A DNA stretch of 64,000 bases, from the NCBI GenBank assembly GCA_040954595.2, contig CM082584.2:8203919-8267918 (forward strand), read 5' to 3'. How positions within the stretch are numbered: the stretch's first letter is position 1; every line of letters starts with the position of its first letter. Both the position numbers and the translations under genes were made by a program. Source of the DNA: Balanoglossus misakiensis (Eukaryota; Animalia; Hemichordata). The notes beneath the pieces were generated by a model. It had not been told where the DNA came from and did not search any database. It was given only the letters and a program-made list of their open reading frames with translations. Below are positions 13,801-28,900 of this stretch, in pieces.

Positions 13801-16800
13801 ACCCACTTCGTAGAAATGTTATGACCATCACAAACAATGGCGTTAACCAGAATATGTTTGCAATACTACACTAATCAGAGACATCTGTCACATAACAGTG
13901 ACACGCTGAATTTACATGTACACAATCCAGGGATCATCACCTCTTGACATTGGCGTGGGATATCGTTGAACCCGGATCTGAAAACTCCCCGTATGGGATT
14001 TCAAAACCTTTTTATGTATAGTTTCGAGGAAGCAGTGTCGTAGAAGGTCAAACTGGACCGCCGCACAGAACATGTACTGTGCACTAGCTGAGTGCATTAA
14101 TGCTATTAGGGGAAAAAATTGTGTACAGGCAATCGGTGGTGCAGAAAATCATCCAATAGAGTGGAAAATAAACAGCTACAGATGGAATATGGCTGGCTGA
14201 CAGAAACTTTATGCTCTGGAGACGGTACTCTTGTATGTACGTTTATCGTTCCTGCATCACAATCTCAGACTCAGAGTTCAAACATATACAAGTTAGCTGT
14301 ACCAGGTTTGATTTGCTGGAGTGCATGTATGTGCATTCTCGAGTTCCTCTGATGCATGATGTAAGAATCAAGTGCATGACAGAGAAATTTAAGTCTCAGG
14401 CATTTCATTAATGACAATGGCGTCCTTCCTTTGGACCTACTGCATGGCTACTCTGAGTCCATTGTCTTGTTTTTCATTGGTAGACATTGTGAAGAGAATT
14501 CCTATGGTGGTGATTCATCGAGTTTATACTTTGTATATACCATTGTGTGGTTTAAAAACTGCATGAAAACTTTGACCGTGCTGCTTCTGAAACTCTGTAG
14601 TTCTTTTACATCCGGTCACCACCGGTCAAGTGTTTTTGACTCATCCGTGGGAAGGGGGCACATTTTTATAGCCATTGAAGCTTTCAAACAAATAACAAAA
14701 GAAGTCGTGACTGCCCACAGGTTTTGGACAGTTGTGGTCAGAGTTTTGACATCTTTGTATAAATTACAAACACCCACACAGGTTCTGAAAGTACACATAC
14801 AGTACAGACAGACCATACTGTGCAAAAAAATCCATTCTGACTTTTTTCAAGGATATGGCAGATATATTTCTTTTATGCTACATGATGAAAATCATTCCAT
14901 TTGAAATAATATTGACACTTGCTTTTATAGCAACATGTATTATCCTTTCAAAAATATTTACCTTTCCCATTTCAGTTCAAATTACTGACCTTAAGTGTTT
15001 AGGTGACTGATTTCTCAAGGATTAATAATTATCAATCATACTAGAAAATATTTGGGCCTAAAGAGTGTAATTTGATTTGTTTGACTGGTGTGAATTTTGT
15101 GGACAAAACGAAAGCTGTTGGTTCACGAATCTTGCCAGTGAAACGTTTACCACAGTATTCTAATGAGAAACAGATGTTGGACTCTCCATCTGCGATGAAA
15201 TGGATTTCAAATTTTGATATTTGCTGTACTGATTACAGAAATTAATTCATGGAGTCATCTGTATCAATCTTCGCATGTGTGCGACGTACATGTCATTTAT
15301 AAATCAATTAAAGTGTTCAGTTTTCATGTCCATGAAGGTAAACAAATATTTTTATTGCATATAGTATCCCATGATTCATGCTGTAAAATATCAGTCGCAG
15401 CACACCCCTGCATACTTATTGAAACTTGGTTCGAGGTACGAGGTAAGTTTGTCCTGCAGGCTGGTGGTCCCATGCTCAAGTAATTCTCACCTGTTCATTG
15501 TGGGCATTTTATATCACTTTTAATAACTTTGAATGTGTAAGGCTGGCTGGTGATGACTCAGTGAATCTAGACTAAAGTACTCCCTGCATGTTCTGAAATA
15601 AGTAAATTATTTTTCTATTCCTATGAAAAATATCTCTCGGTATTAAATCAATTGCAGATTTCACTGATGAAAAACAATATGCTAATTGATTCCCAAAGCA
15701 AGGCCTGGGGCATTATGATTCAGAAGAAAGGGTGAAATATTATAGCAATGGGAGAAAAAAACAAAAACTGAAAACAACCAGACAGCCGAGAGCTGGAGCC
15801 AAGAGCAAAGGTTAAGAACTGCGTAGGAGTGGATGAAATCTAGCAGCCGAAAGTTTCGTAGCAACATGAAACCAGAGAGTTTCTGAGCATCAAATGTGAA
15901 GTGGTTATTTCATAACCGAGAGCTTTTTTAATACCCTTGTCTTTTGAAGTAATCCTGGCGATGAATTGAATGGTGGTAATTCAAATCGCTTCCCTGTATA
16001 CCCCTGCCCCTTCCCTGGGGTTGGTTGAGGCTCATTATTCACAGGTGAAAGCTGGTTGTCAGTGCGTTGACACTTACATGACAAATATCCCCATGCCAGT
16101 GTGCATTATTTTAATCCAAGATACCATGTTTATATCAAAAATGGACATGAAAGTCCAAGTAAACAAACATCTCAATAATATTTTATTTTGTTTGATTTAC
16201 AAAAAGGAACACAGTCGCTCACTTGACATGTTTTGGTTAAAAAATTTATTTGTTCATTGAGTGTTTTTTACTACCTCCACTCACAATGTGTGTGGGAATA
16301 ATATATGAAAACTTCCACAAAATCAAACTTTGTATTATTATTAACATTTCTAAATGCCCCGTACTGAAATTATATTGTGATCTTCAGTTGTAGAAACTTG
16401 TAGGACTGGTGTAATGATTTTCTGAGAGTTTATAAGTTTTGCATTGTGTAACTAAATTGGCCAATTCTAGAGAATTCTTTGAAAAAAGAAAATTGTTTTC
16501 AGGTGTAGATCTCCAGAGCAATTTTTAAGATCCCTGTCTATGGTGACAGTTTCAACATTGATTTATGGGTTAATCTCCGGAAACACACTCAGAAGGTCAA
16601 CTGTCTGCCGCCGGAAAACACCCAAGTTCTCGACTCTTAGCAATTCAGTTGCCATGTTTGTCCCCATTCAGTGTGTAAATTCGTTACTCCCATTTAAAAA
16701 GTCATCTTGTTGTGTGATCAGCAGTGCAGAAGCTGCATTTAAGTTGTCTTCCGCACAAATTCGTCAGATTGACGCCAAGCGCAGACAAATGCTCTCAAAA

Positions 16801-17294
16801 TGAAAATTAATATTGTTTGCTCCAAGACTGTGAACTATGATCGAGTGTAAATACAGTATCAGCTGTCATTTTCAAAATTATTGCCATACACTGTGTACAT
16901 AAAACATACAATTTACAGGAATTTCATTCTAACAGGTACAAATGTGTGGTACATAAACACCTGCCTAAAACAAAACTGTCTAATCTGGAAACCTGTCCAT
17001 CCCAAACACACTTTTCAATCCCTCTTGTATAGAACCACTTATTAAAAGAACCTCTAGTCTATAGATCTAACAATTCTGCAAACCAAACAAAATCTCCGGT
17101 CCCTTTGGTATCCAGTTTAGACACGTAACACTTGTTTGTCTATAGGTGTTGTTTTGATCATTAACTTCAAATTTATCTCACAACTACAAATGCTGGTAGC
17201 ATACATATCTACATGTACTGTATAATCAACCTTGCGGTCATATTATGCAAAAGAAGTGAATCATCACCTTGGACATCTTGGTGGAATTATATGT

Positions 17295-17485
17295 TTAAAG
17301 GTACACAGTCAATGACGCAAATTTAACCACTGTCACCATGGAAAATCCAATCACAGACTTTCAGTGGGTGGCACGTCACGTCATGAAAAAAAGTGTTCCA
17401 CCACATGGTCATTCGAACACTAATATACGCTCCCTTTTGACCATATATAGGCATATGTAAATTAGAGGTGACTGTGTACCTTTAA
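17295..17485. mobile_element. Non-autonomous DNA transposon, Kolobok-like (TTAA TSD, AG..CT ends)
   Basis: ttaa-aggtacacagtca ... tgactgtgtacct-ttaa perfect 13 bp TIR. Its internal motif aaccactgtcaccatggaaaat recurs near 37995. Confidence 0.7.
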
Positions 17486-19109
17486 GGTGACTGTGAAAAC
17501 TCACTCAAATAGTCACAGTGTGGTATAAACACTGAAGGGATTGATGGTGTCTTGATCATGTTTAGAGCTTGCTGTGAACCGTGATGTTTATGTACCAGAG
17601 ACAGCTGGACTTCTTTATTTTTAGAGCCCTCTTATATTGTTACAGTTAGCTGGAAAAAAGTGTTCACAGGAAAAAGAAACGTGTCAGCTATTTACTGGTA
17701 TTAAGGTCATGAGGAACCTGCAATGCATTAGCCATTGTGTGAGCTGCAATTTACTGTAAGTAGGTCACTCACTGAGCTGGTCACTAGCCAGGGAATCTTG
17801 TCAGTAACCGAAGAGACATGAACATCTCAAGTTTCCTAGGATTTAATGGCCTCAGTCAGGAAGACCCTTTGTAAAATTTATTCATTTTGTCTAGAAGTTA
17901 TTTTTTCTTCAAATTATTAAGTTTCATGGAAATTATCAAAGTGCAAGCGCGGAGCAAGAAAAGAGTAACATAGGGTTTACCATGTTCAGATTAATGTACC
18001 TTACAAATCACTCAACGCAGGTTGTCTGTGGTATGTAGTTCACAAAAAGCAGTTTGGGTAAACTTTTAGGGAAAACCCCTGGCTGTTTATCAGTTTATCA
18101 CTGGCATGGACTGAACTACTGTGGCTTGTTATCAGTATACTAGGGGTGTTTCCTGACGTTTCCTGATGATGATAACCAAATTAACAGATTGAGGAAATCC
18201 GCACATCACTTGCCATGGAAGTAAAAAAAGCAATGTCAGTTGTAGACTCTCTCACAGCCCCTCTACTGTCCATGCAGGCTAATGACAGGATGTGGGAAGT
18301 GGTTGGTGAAACCAAAACAATATAATTCAGTTCACAGTTTGACTCAGATCGAAACGTGCCGGGGTCCGACCTTGAGTTTTGGATTATAAAACTCTATACT
18401 CATGCATTTATGGAAGGGTACAATTTCACTGTTATCCTAGGTTGTCAACATAGCGTGTCACGTCATACTGAAGGGTATTTGGACGGGCATTCCGAGTGTT
18501 CTAATATAAGTCTGAGGACACACACACACAAACAAACAAAATATTGAGAAAGGAGAAGTATACATGTAGTTGTATAGTCTGCCATTAGTATCTATCAAGT
18601 ATGCAAATTAGCCCTTGCGGACAGAAAGGAAGATGAGCGAGAGAGACCCTGGGGATAGATATCTCTGGGGTTTATGCTTTTAGATAAGGAAAACAATAAC
18701 TGACTGACTTTGATTGACAATCTCCTTAACAAGCCAGATATGAAATTTTCACCGAACAAATTGATCCTGTTAATTGCACGGTCCAGCAGGGTATTTGTCA
18801 GTGATCGTCCGCGCAGCTATTATTAAAAAATAACGCCACTTTGCAATATTTCCTGCTGCTCTGATTTGGGTACACACTGCATGAATTCATTGCAGTTCCC
18901 AAGGTCGGCTGTTAAGTGGTGAAGTGTTTGATTAAAAATTAGGAATAAACATCCATCAGGGTGGAGTGGGGGCCAGACATATTAGCCAATATCCTGTTTC
19001 ATTAATTTAGCAAATAGATTTAATTGAACAGAAAGGTTAAATGGTTGATCTGATCTGTTTATTCTCTCCCCTGGGGTAAAACTGTTTCATGGCTGGATGA
19101 CCATAGGCA

Positions 19110-19449
19110 TTACAGGAAGGCGCATATGCTTTCAGAAGGGGGTGTACAATTAAAAGGACAGATCATAATTAGCTGTATATACTTCAATAGCAAATTTTAT
19201 TGGAAATTAATGCCTATAGGGCATGATATGTCAGGTTTCGGTTTTATGTCATTGACAATCTATGTTTATGTGAAGGTAAAAGACACTCTGTCCCTGCAGA
19301 TATAAAGCCCGTCACCCTTTTGTGTGTTGTGTGACGTGACAATATAGTGGCCCTGTCTTAGATCAGTAGTCCGCATCTGCGTCTTGTGCTTATAGCAACG
19401 TCACAGTTCCTGGTTGTAAAGAACTTCAGAACTGGACAAACAGGTACGT
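19110..19449 (+). promoter_or_regulatory. Candidate TATA promoter and non-coding first exon upstream of gene B
   Basis: TTACAGGAA at 19110, IRF-like GGTTTCGGTTTT at 19234, TATAAAG at 19301 and donor CAG|GTACGT at 19443. Confidence 0.4.
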
Positions 19450-21336
19450 GTTCTGAGAGTCGGCAGGTGTTTCAGAGTTTAAGCAAGCACTAAATTCGTC
19501 TGCGACGGTCATTTTCTGATATGGACAGCAAGGTAACAAAAAAAACTTTATTAAGGATTTTTTGCAAAGAGTCTAGAAACCAGACTCCTGTGAGGGTGTT
19601 TACAGCAAAAAATAGGGGAGCCTGGATTCTAGACTACATGATGGAATAGAATCTGTCATCTCATGCGTATACCGTAGCAGTAATGAAAAGTGAATACGGT
19701 CTTTTGCAGTAACAGCTGACCTGCAGCCACAGCTGGACCAGCTGAATCATGTACTTGTAATATTGTGCCACAAATTAACCTCCAGTCGTCTGTGACAGTA
19801 GTTCTTATTTTTTGTACCGGGTTGTGCCCTGTCCAATTTGTCATACCATCGATATCCAGATAATTCCTCTCAAGCTTAATCCCTGATCCTTGAAGGGCTG
19901 TTACATTTTTTGTCTGTAACAATGTATTAATCTCTGGCATCATTTCAAATTGTGGGCAAGACCTGTATTTGACATGCCATTTATTACCAGGCTATGCAGA
20001 TGGTGTGTTCTGCAACTTGCAAATTGTTTCATGAGTAATTACCACATGATTAGCATGACATTTTGTCACGTTTGAAAAACAACCAAGCAAACAAACATAC
20101 ATTTTTATTCAAACAATAAATTTCTTGTGGAAAAAAACCCTCATATGGTCGTCCTTATGGTGGCATATGTACGGTATATAAATCACAGATTCGTGTAGGC
20201 TGGGATCTGTTGTCAGGAAGTTGTTATGCATATACAATTTGTGCAATGTAACACTTCAGGCCCATAAACAGGGCCTGTGAAACAAGAGTGGGCGACACTA
20301 TATAAGTACATAGCTGTCGTCCGGACTGGTTATCGGCAGAGCTCCAGTCTGCTCTTGCAGAGGGAGCCAGTTGCTGGAGAAATTTTACCCTTGGTCGAGC
20401 TCTCCATTGCTTGAAGCATAGGGATAAATAGTCTTGCTATCACATTTTCATGAATTCAGTTGTCTCAAGAAGCTCTATAGTGTGTAAGTATATATAAATC
20501 ATGGTTGGTATAACATTGTATGTAATGAACTGCACTATAACTGAATGAGTCTTAGACTATTGGTGCCACATGTCAGGGATATCGTATTGCTTTCTGATCT
20601 AGACTTTTCCTAGAAAAAAAGGAGGATAGTCACAGCCGAGTTATTGGAAATGAAGTAAGTATTTTAACAAGTAGCAAAGTTTATCTTGGTTGAGTCAGGA
20701 AAACAAGAAAAACGCATTTCATTAATTGAATTATCTTGGCTGTGATTGGTTACAAGTTTATCACACATATGAGCATGCAGATCGACTCGGCTAGTATGGT
20801 CGCGCAAGTAAGCATTGGTGACTGCATGTACCCCAGGGGTACATTCGTCACACATAAGTTTAATAAGCCTATCATGAGCCAGATTGGAATATGATCAATT
20901 GCCTGTTTTTTTTCAGTTTTTCGATCCGTACACGAGATTTACGATACCGTTACTATTGTAAGAGCACAAGGGAGATGAAACGCAAACGTAATGGGTCTTT
21001 AATAGGCTTTTTGTCGTTAAACCGAAGGAAAAATAACCGCAGGGCATGAACTTAATTTTTTCGCAGACAGGCTCATGGGTGAGAAAATTTGCAAGGGGTC
21101 GGAATGAAAATCAATTTACAAGTCAGTTGAGGAAGTACCCACAGAGTGAGCAAGCCTACGTGTATATAAACACACACCCGAACACCTTGTTACAGTCAGC
21201 TGAATGATTTATCAATGACGCAGGTTAGCCTGTCTTGGTAATAAATATCTGCCTTCGTACGAGCACTTCACATTCCAGTGTTACCCAACGTTAACTGAAT
21301 GAAAGGAGAAATAGCCGAGTGTCAAGAATGCGTGTA

Positions 21337-21618
21337 CAATAACGCCGTCTCCTCAGGTATGTACCTGACATTTCAGAAAAAAAGCCGTCGTCTGCTCAGT
21401 TTAATGTTTGCTCGCATGAGTACCAGTAATTCCGCTGCTCATCAGAAGTTAAAGTACAACAAAGGTTTAATTCAATGACGCTGTCTCCTCAGGTATGTAC
21501 CTGACATTTCAGAAAAAAAGCTGTCGTCTTTTGTAGTTTAATGTGATTTTTTTTCGCTGGAGTACGAGTAATTCCGCTGCTCAGAAGTTAGAGTACAACA
21601 AAGGTTTCATTCAATGAC
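21337..21618. repeat. About 136-140 bp diverged tandem duplication containing a splice donor
   Basis: gtctcctcaggtatgtacctgacatttcagaaaaaaag, agtaattccgctgctca and agtacaacaaaggttt each occur twice. CAG|GTATGT is at 21356 and 21492. Confidence 0.88.
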
Positions 21619-24600
21619 ATTGTTTTTAGGTGCTGACTACTTTAATCTAATCCGACTGCAGCCTATCCACTGTGCACACAATGTTTACTCTCATCTACAA
21701 ACGGGATGGAAGTTGTGGATGTGTTTTCGAACGTTGATTAACTATATAGCCACATGTTAAATAACATAAATGGTGAGACTTTGTCCCTTTAAGGGTCCTG
21801 GGGTAGTTAGGTTTGTGAACTTGAAAAAATCACCACACAGCTAGAGAATGCTTTAGCCTTTACGGGCAGATCTGCACATCTCTACACGCCCTTGGGATGC
21901 AAGTCACATACAGTTTGAATCTGTAATCAAAACCAAATTACTCCCCCAAAACTCAATTTGTATCTTGTTACAGCCCTCTCACACACTCCCCGTAAAATTC
22001 CGAAAGGCAATTTGGTTAGATGTAGATTCTGTTTATTACGTTTGCGTTGAGCTTTGTATTCGTGGTAGTATAAGGTTGCCTTTCGTGTAGCTACCGGTAT
22101 ACTATTACTAAATGTTGCTTTAGATAATACAGTCTAACCCAGTGAAGGGGTTGTGTGCATTATTTATTACTGTACATCCTACATGGTGGAAATCCCTTCC
22201 ATATTTAGTGCACTGCAGTGCCCTGTGCAGTTATACCTGAATACAGAATTCTCCACCATTCAGTGTGTAAACATTTAACCAGCAACTTTTAGCAGTTCTC
22301 TTTAACACAGAGACATGTTGTTGTTATGTTCGACTGAGGTTCTAATTTGGAACTTCCCAACAGACTCTACCATATGTGCTGGCAGTCAGCTTTTTCAGTA
22401 TGATGTCAACATATCCTTGCACTTTATAGAGGTATTGTAGTATATATGATCGAAATCAGTCTTCAAACTTTTTCTTGCTGAATGCAACTTTAGTTTATTC
22501 TTTCTTTATATTGAGAGTGAAAATTGGGGTCACCGTACAAAATTTTGAATGTGAGAAAAATTGACTCAACTTGAAATTCAAAATGTCCACCATTCTATGT
22601 TAATCGTATGGAGAAAAATTAAAGTAATGATATTTATGAAAACAAGAAGGTGAACATCGTGTTTTCTTCTTTGATTATGACTCCTAACACACTTTAATTT
22701 AGCAAAGAACTGGAGGTTTCTGGAAATCTGTCCCTAGGGAACAATTATTACATGTACCCTAAAGACTATACTCCCTCGAGGGTCTTTATGTGACTGATTT
22801 ACAGTCCGCCCAACTGATTAAAAAACTCTGCTGTAGAAATGCCACACAGGCCAAGTTTGACTTTTGTATGTGCGTAGGTACTCAACCGGGATCAGCATTG
22901 CCAAAATTTGTCTTTCAAATTGACGTATATGGATTGCATTTGATATCCAACAAAATACTGGCAAGTCAGAAAATATAACCCCTTATATGATTGGTTGTCA
23001 GATTCGATTGTATTCAAACAAGAAAAATATGTATATTGAGTAAATCTTATTTTCATAAAGTAAAGTGATTACTTCTTCTTTGTCCAAATTTGACAATCTC
23101 TGAGTGTAGATAATGGATAACTCTCTAAAGGAGATCAGCTTACATTGTTTAACTGACAATTTAATACTGGAGAAGTCCATTAAAAGCAGTTCATTATCTT
23201 TTCCCCTATGGGTCTGTGGCAGCGTATTATACTGATGATATTAATTTGCTTGAGGGGTTGCAAGAAAATGTTAGTCATTTTCAGGGAATTGTGTTTATTA
23301 AAGTTTGAAGTCCAATAACTGGGTAAAAATTTCCTCCTTAACTAAACGCTACCCATGCATGTATGTCACAAATGAAGCAAATTACATGATGTGTGGTATA
23401 TATGGATGTTTTACTTTTGGTGGTAGTTATTAGATCAAGGCCAGGATATGAAATTCCGAGTAAAAGCCAAGTTGAGGTACGTGGCCAGGTTTCTAATTCA
23501 CTAAACGATAATAACTTGAAAATCACTTCCAGCTTTTAGAAGATTGAGGTTAAACATGGTAGTCAGTGCAGATTCTCCGAAACTGTTAAGTTGATATAAT
23601 CAAGTCCTGTACGTGATACGCTATGGTGATTTCCTAATTTCCCGTCACGGCAGTGTTGAACCTCGGTGCATGGTGACTTTGGGGACAGTCGATCGGTCCG
23701 GTTGTTTCTGTGTGTTGAATACGAGGAAAAGCTAATTACATTAAAGGGATCAATTTCCACGGCGAGATTCTTTGGTTCTCCGTGTCCATTACACTGACAC
23801 TTGCAATGTTGGGAAAGTTTCCTTTGAAGACACAAATGTGTAATTTGAAGCTTTGGTATAGAATCCACTAGTCTTGGAAGCAAAGAGGCTTAATACTAGA
23901 CTTAAGAATCCATAGACTTAAGAATTCATAGAAGCTATATTTACAAGCTCACAAGTAATCAGACACCAAATCTCCCCTCCTCCCCAATTTTTCCCCAAGA
24001 CCGGGTGATAATGATGTGAATGACTTAATACTCTACACAATCAGAAAGTGCAGAGAATTGTCTTACACTGCACTGCACAAGGAGTAAAATATCTGAGGCG
24101 AGATTTTCCCCACGAGAATTTTCCACCAGATGCCAATTCTCTGTGGAATAATTAATCCTTTGACCGATAGATTTGAATCACTCTCAGGTACAGAGTTTTA
24201 CGTGTCATTTAAAACATATTCAATTGAATGTTCGGAATAGATTCTTAAGAGGAGCCTAATTGGTTGCATTGTACCCACGGGTGCCATTTTCCCCACTGCA
24301 TCCTGTTATTTCTGCTTTTAAACTTCTCCCCCATTAATGTTACCATCCATCAAGGCAAAGACAATGACGTGGTACGACAAATGCTCCCTCGGAGCCGTGG
24401 TGCTTTTTGACGCAGATCTACTACGCACACGGCCTACACGCTTGCGACAATTTCATCGAAGTCAACACCAGACAAAACAAAAATATGTCCATCACCATTA
24501 ATTGCAACTCCTTATGACGTCAGTCGTGTGACTTTTTTTGCAAAATTTGTTTGTTTTTATGTTCTGAGTGGTAATGCTGCATTCGGTGTACCACAACCAA

Positions 24601-25931
24601 ATTTTCTGATTTCATGTGGTCATCATAGAATTTTGAAATCAATAAAATAAATTTTATTAAAAAATATAAATAAATAATTTAATGGACTTGTTATGTTAAA
24701 TACTCAATGTCATTCATTAATTTATATGCCATCACTGAATAATTGTTATTCATGAAGGACGAAAAAATGAATAAAATTAACAATTATATGCTGTATCAGC
24801 TTTTATTTGTGTGTGCGAATTACAAAATTCAATGCCAGTTTTGACTCAGCCAGTGGTCCACGTAGATAGCATCAGAACTGTTAGTGTGCCATGAAAACAG
24901 GCCCCAGGGTGACGTTCATCGTTCTGCCTGGCTAATTATTGTCAACCTCAGTTGAGGCGAACGTTGTGTACATGTACTCAACGAACACGATCGATTCACG
25001 CATGATAAACGTCATTTGGTAAAATACAGAAAACAAACATTGGGTTGCTGTCTTCGTACTGCAAACAGGAAGTCTGACGGGCACGTTTCCTTTGAAATAG
25101 TCTCAGTTTTGCATATTGCATAATGATTCTCAAAATTATAATTATATCAATGTATTATACTCAATGACCGTTGCAAAGTTATAGGATGAGCTAGGTGAGA
25201 TACATGTACTTGAAGCATGTCTAATACACTGTAATTTGCAGTTGGACTTGGTTGTTTAAATCCATAAGCACACGTCAGTGGCAGCTTGTTCAGTCAAAGA
25301 CAATATCTGTGTCCAACCGCAGCGAAGATATCGACTTCACTTTCTATAGGGACTGATTTGTGAGAGATTACTCTGAAATTTCCCTGCACGGAAATACTGA
25401 GAGAATTAATCTGCATAGAAACTCATTCCCAGCACAGCCAGGGATTTGCTTTTTCCATGACTATCCTGATTGTTTTCCAGTTGACTAGGCTTTGCCGAGC
25501 TGTGATCGCCAATGGAGATATACGAACTGTCCCGCGGTGTGCAGAGTTCAAAATGTGACTCGTGGAACTTAATTAATCATTCTTGTATCAATGACGGAGA
25601 ATTCACTGCAAAACCCAATCTGATAAACTTTTATAAGCCGGAGAAAATGCTCAGTGTTTGAGAGTGGATAGGAAAATAACAGAGCACTACCGATTTGCCA
25701 CGATTGGCGGAAATTCTTCATCCTGTCAATCAAGCAGATTCACTGATGGATGACAGAGTTCGTCATGGAGAAAGAGTTAATTAATTACATACTTCAAAGA
25801 TTGGCAGAATTGCATGTTTTTTAACCACCGACGTTTTTCTTCTCATTTCATTTACAGGCGTATTTAGACATCAGATGTGAAGTTACATATACTGTATAGC
25901 GTACGTTACACGAATTTGTCATACGTATACA

Positions 25932-28900
25932 ATGTATGTCCTGTGTTTATGCCTAGCCGTTCTTCAGTCTGTAGTGTTCACAGCAGCTAGAGTTGGTGAG
26001 TATATCAAATGTTGCTGTCATTTATTATTTGAATTAATTTATTTAATATCGTTAGAAATTCGATTGTCTCCAGAAATACACTCAACCTGCTCCTGTTGTC
26101 AGATTGGAACTGTCAATATCTGAGTTTAATGTTCCAATTCAATTCAATTCAGTTCAAGTCAGTTCATTTCATTTCAATATTTCTTCATTCATTCCAAACA
26201 CTTTAGGTCAGCTGTTCCTACTATATCAGTGCCCCTTGAAGGCAAATTATTCATAAATATTCTCACATTTAATACGCTAATGACAGATTATCTCGAAATC
26301 ACTTTATACTGATTTCTTCCAGATATTGTATCAGAAAAGACTGTACCGGTATATGAAGTCGGAGAGACTATTGAGATCAACTGTACGTCGCCTTCTCATT
26401 CAGCACTGTATATAGAATGGTATTTCGACTCGCGACCGGTTCCTGCACATCTGTATGATGTGATCTCGGCCGACCTGTCCCAGCTCACCATTCCGGACTC
26501 CAACTTCAGCCACGCCGGAAACTATTCCTGTGCGCTGCTGGGAGATCTTCTGGAAGAGGTTGCGACCGTTCAAATAGAGGTTGGAGGTTGGTGAAGTTTC
26601 ATGGTTCTGGGTCTTTTCATCTCTTGACCACCCTCCCCATACACCTCCCTTCCCTATACATGTATATTGTGGTGAATGCATTTGGCCGTCACTTCATAAT
26701 TTCATTTTTGCATTTAATTATACCACAGCCAAGCCACACCCAGCGGCCAACTTCAGCTGTCACTCGTTCAATGCGTTCGATATACTGTGCACCTGGGATG
26801 AAGGAGGAGCTACAAACATTCCAACCACGCATAGTTTGAAGTACAAGTCACTTTACTTTGGTGGGGGGTAAGTAACCATAGACACAGTATATAATTATAC
26901 AAATCTGTCAACTTTTCGGGTGGTCGAGTTGTCACATTTTTATGTTGATGCATAAAATGAGGACTTTGAAAAATATTCCAGTAGTTCTGAGTATATTTAT
27001 GAAAATATGCTGTACAGTGACACTTTCTGAACTGTCTATTTCCAGCTGGAAAAACTGCCCCGACGAGACCCGATCCGTGGATTGCCCTGGTATCCATGAC
27101 TACACATACTCCTGTCACATGGATGCTGCCAGCGGCCACCATGAGGGAAACAGACACAACTTTACAGTCATTGCTGAAAACGCCCTGGGGGTCACTCACA
27201 CTTCAATATTCTTCAACCCAGAAGCCGAAGGTATCTATCAGCAGAGATGTTTTTTGCTTGAATTTATTTGCAAATAAAGAATCATACACCAATATCTACT
27301 TGTCTAGTATTCCTCATACATGTATAGTATTCATTGTGTGAATGGTGAATGTCAATATTGTTTATTTTCTATCATTTCAGCTATACCATTTCCTCCCGAA
27401 GATGTTTCAGCCATAGGTGTGGATAATTCATGTATAGAGATCAGTTGGGAGTTCCCCTGCGGATGGGTACACGAGTTTGGTGAATGGTATTATCTGCAGT
27501 ATCAACTGCGATGGAAGTCAGAGTGGGAACCAGATCCATGGCAGCCTGTGAGTGCAATTAGTGCTTCTTATTTATTATTTCACGCCAGAATGTGGTTCAA
27601 GTATCAAATAGAAATGTTGAGAATCATAATTGCGTCATTTGATCATCTTAGTGATCATTCATGACATAGAGCCAAATGATGACGAAGTCCTCTCCATTCA
27701 TCCAATAACAGCTAGAGCCTGTAAAGCAAGACTATGCGAGAAGCCGACGGCAGTGTGGCTTGGAGGGTTACACGGAATATGAGGTCCAGGTGTCTGCTGC
27801 CCTCACGGGCCAGGATTTGTACTGGGGTGACTGGAGCGATGCGATCACTGTGAGAACCCTGGAGCAAGGTAAAGTCAGTGCACGGTATACGTTACAGTGG
27901 TTGTTAGGACAGTTGCCCCCAGACGTATATCACCCACCATGAAGGACTATCGTTGCAGGAATTGTCCCATATATGTGTAAATGGCCAGGGGGTGACTGCC
28001 CTAGAATTATATGCAGTGGACCTGTCGTAATGTCGACCGTGTGGTTTCCTGACACTTCAGTTACGTGTAGTAAAAAAATCCCTTACTATGCAGAACTGTT
28101 CAGGAGCACATTTTTTACATAATATACAATGTGTTAAGCCTGAAAAATGTTTTGGGAGATATATAACATTTGTTTTATTTTATACTCAGCGCCAATCTCT
28201 CGACTGGAAGTCTTCTATGGCAACAGCAAAGACAACTTAGAGGATTCTGCAAAGAGAGATGTAACAATACATTGGAAGGTAAGACTCAGTTATGAGATAA
28301 GGAATGATTTGTTGAGACTGTGAGTCAGTTTCAGAGTATTACATGCATTTTGACGATGACAGTCAAGCTTCCATCAAATCAGAAATCACTACTTGTTATG
28401 TGAACTTGCAAACATAGTCACTTGAAAAAAAGTCGGTGCTTCTTTTGCCTATAGCCACTTGGACCACGGCAGATGAAAGGAGAAGTACTGCGATATGCGC
28501 TGACATTAAACGAAGATGGAAGCAACGATACACGAGAAGTCAACACATCAGCAGATGCCATATCTCATGAATTCCAAGGTACTAATCTTTTAATGATTTT
28601 TTTTCCATATTCATTTGCTTATTACCATACTTTATTTTCTGCTGAGAAAAAATGAAGAAAATTTTTCCTTTCTGTTTAGATAGGGGACTACTCAGATGTA
28701 GTGCATGGTTGTCACCTTAACTAAACTCAGTGTGCCTTCTCATATTAGACATGTTTCATCCTCCATTTCAGCATTAAAGAAATATTCCTCGTATAGTGTG
28801 ACAGTGGTAACATTCAACAGCATCGGCTCATCTCCTCCAACGTCACTGAGGATTTTAGGTCTTTCAAGTGGTGAGTTCATTGTGAATTTTGTCCACTTTT

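Noticed and set aside
22490-22740. Probable dispersed-repeat fragment
   Set aside because: It looks repeat-like, but no second copy or terminal repeats in the window support it.
10500-25800. A hidden cytokine ligand gene among the short ORFs between genes A and B (e.g. 14431-14904, 16540-16803)
   Set aside because: I found no signal peptide plus phase-consistent helical exons. It cannot be excluded without transcript data.
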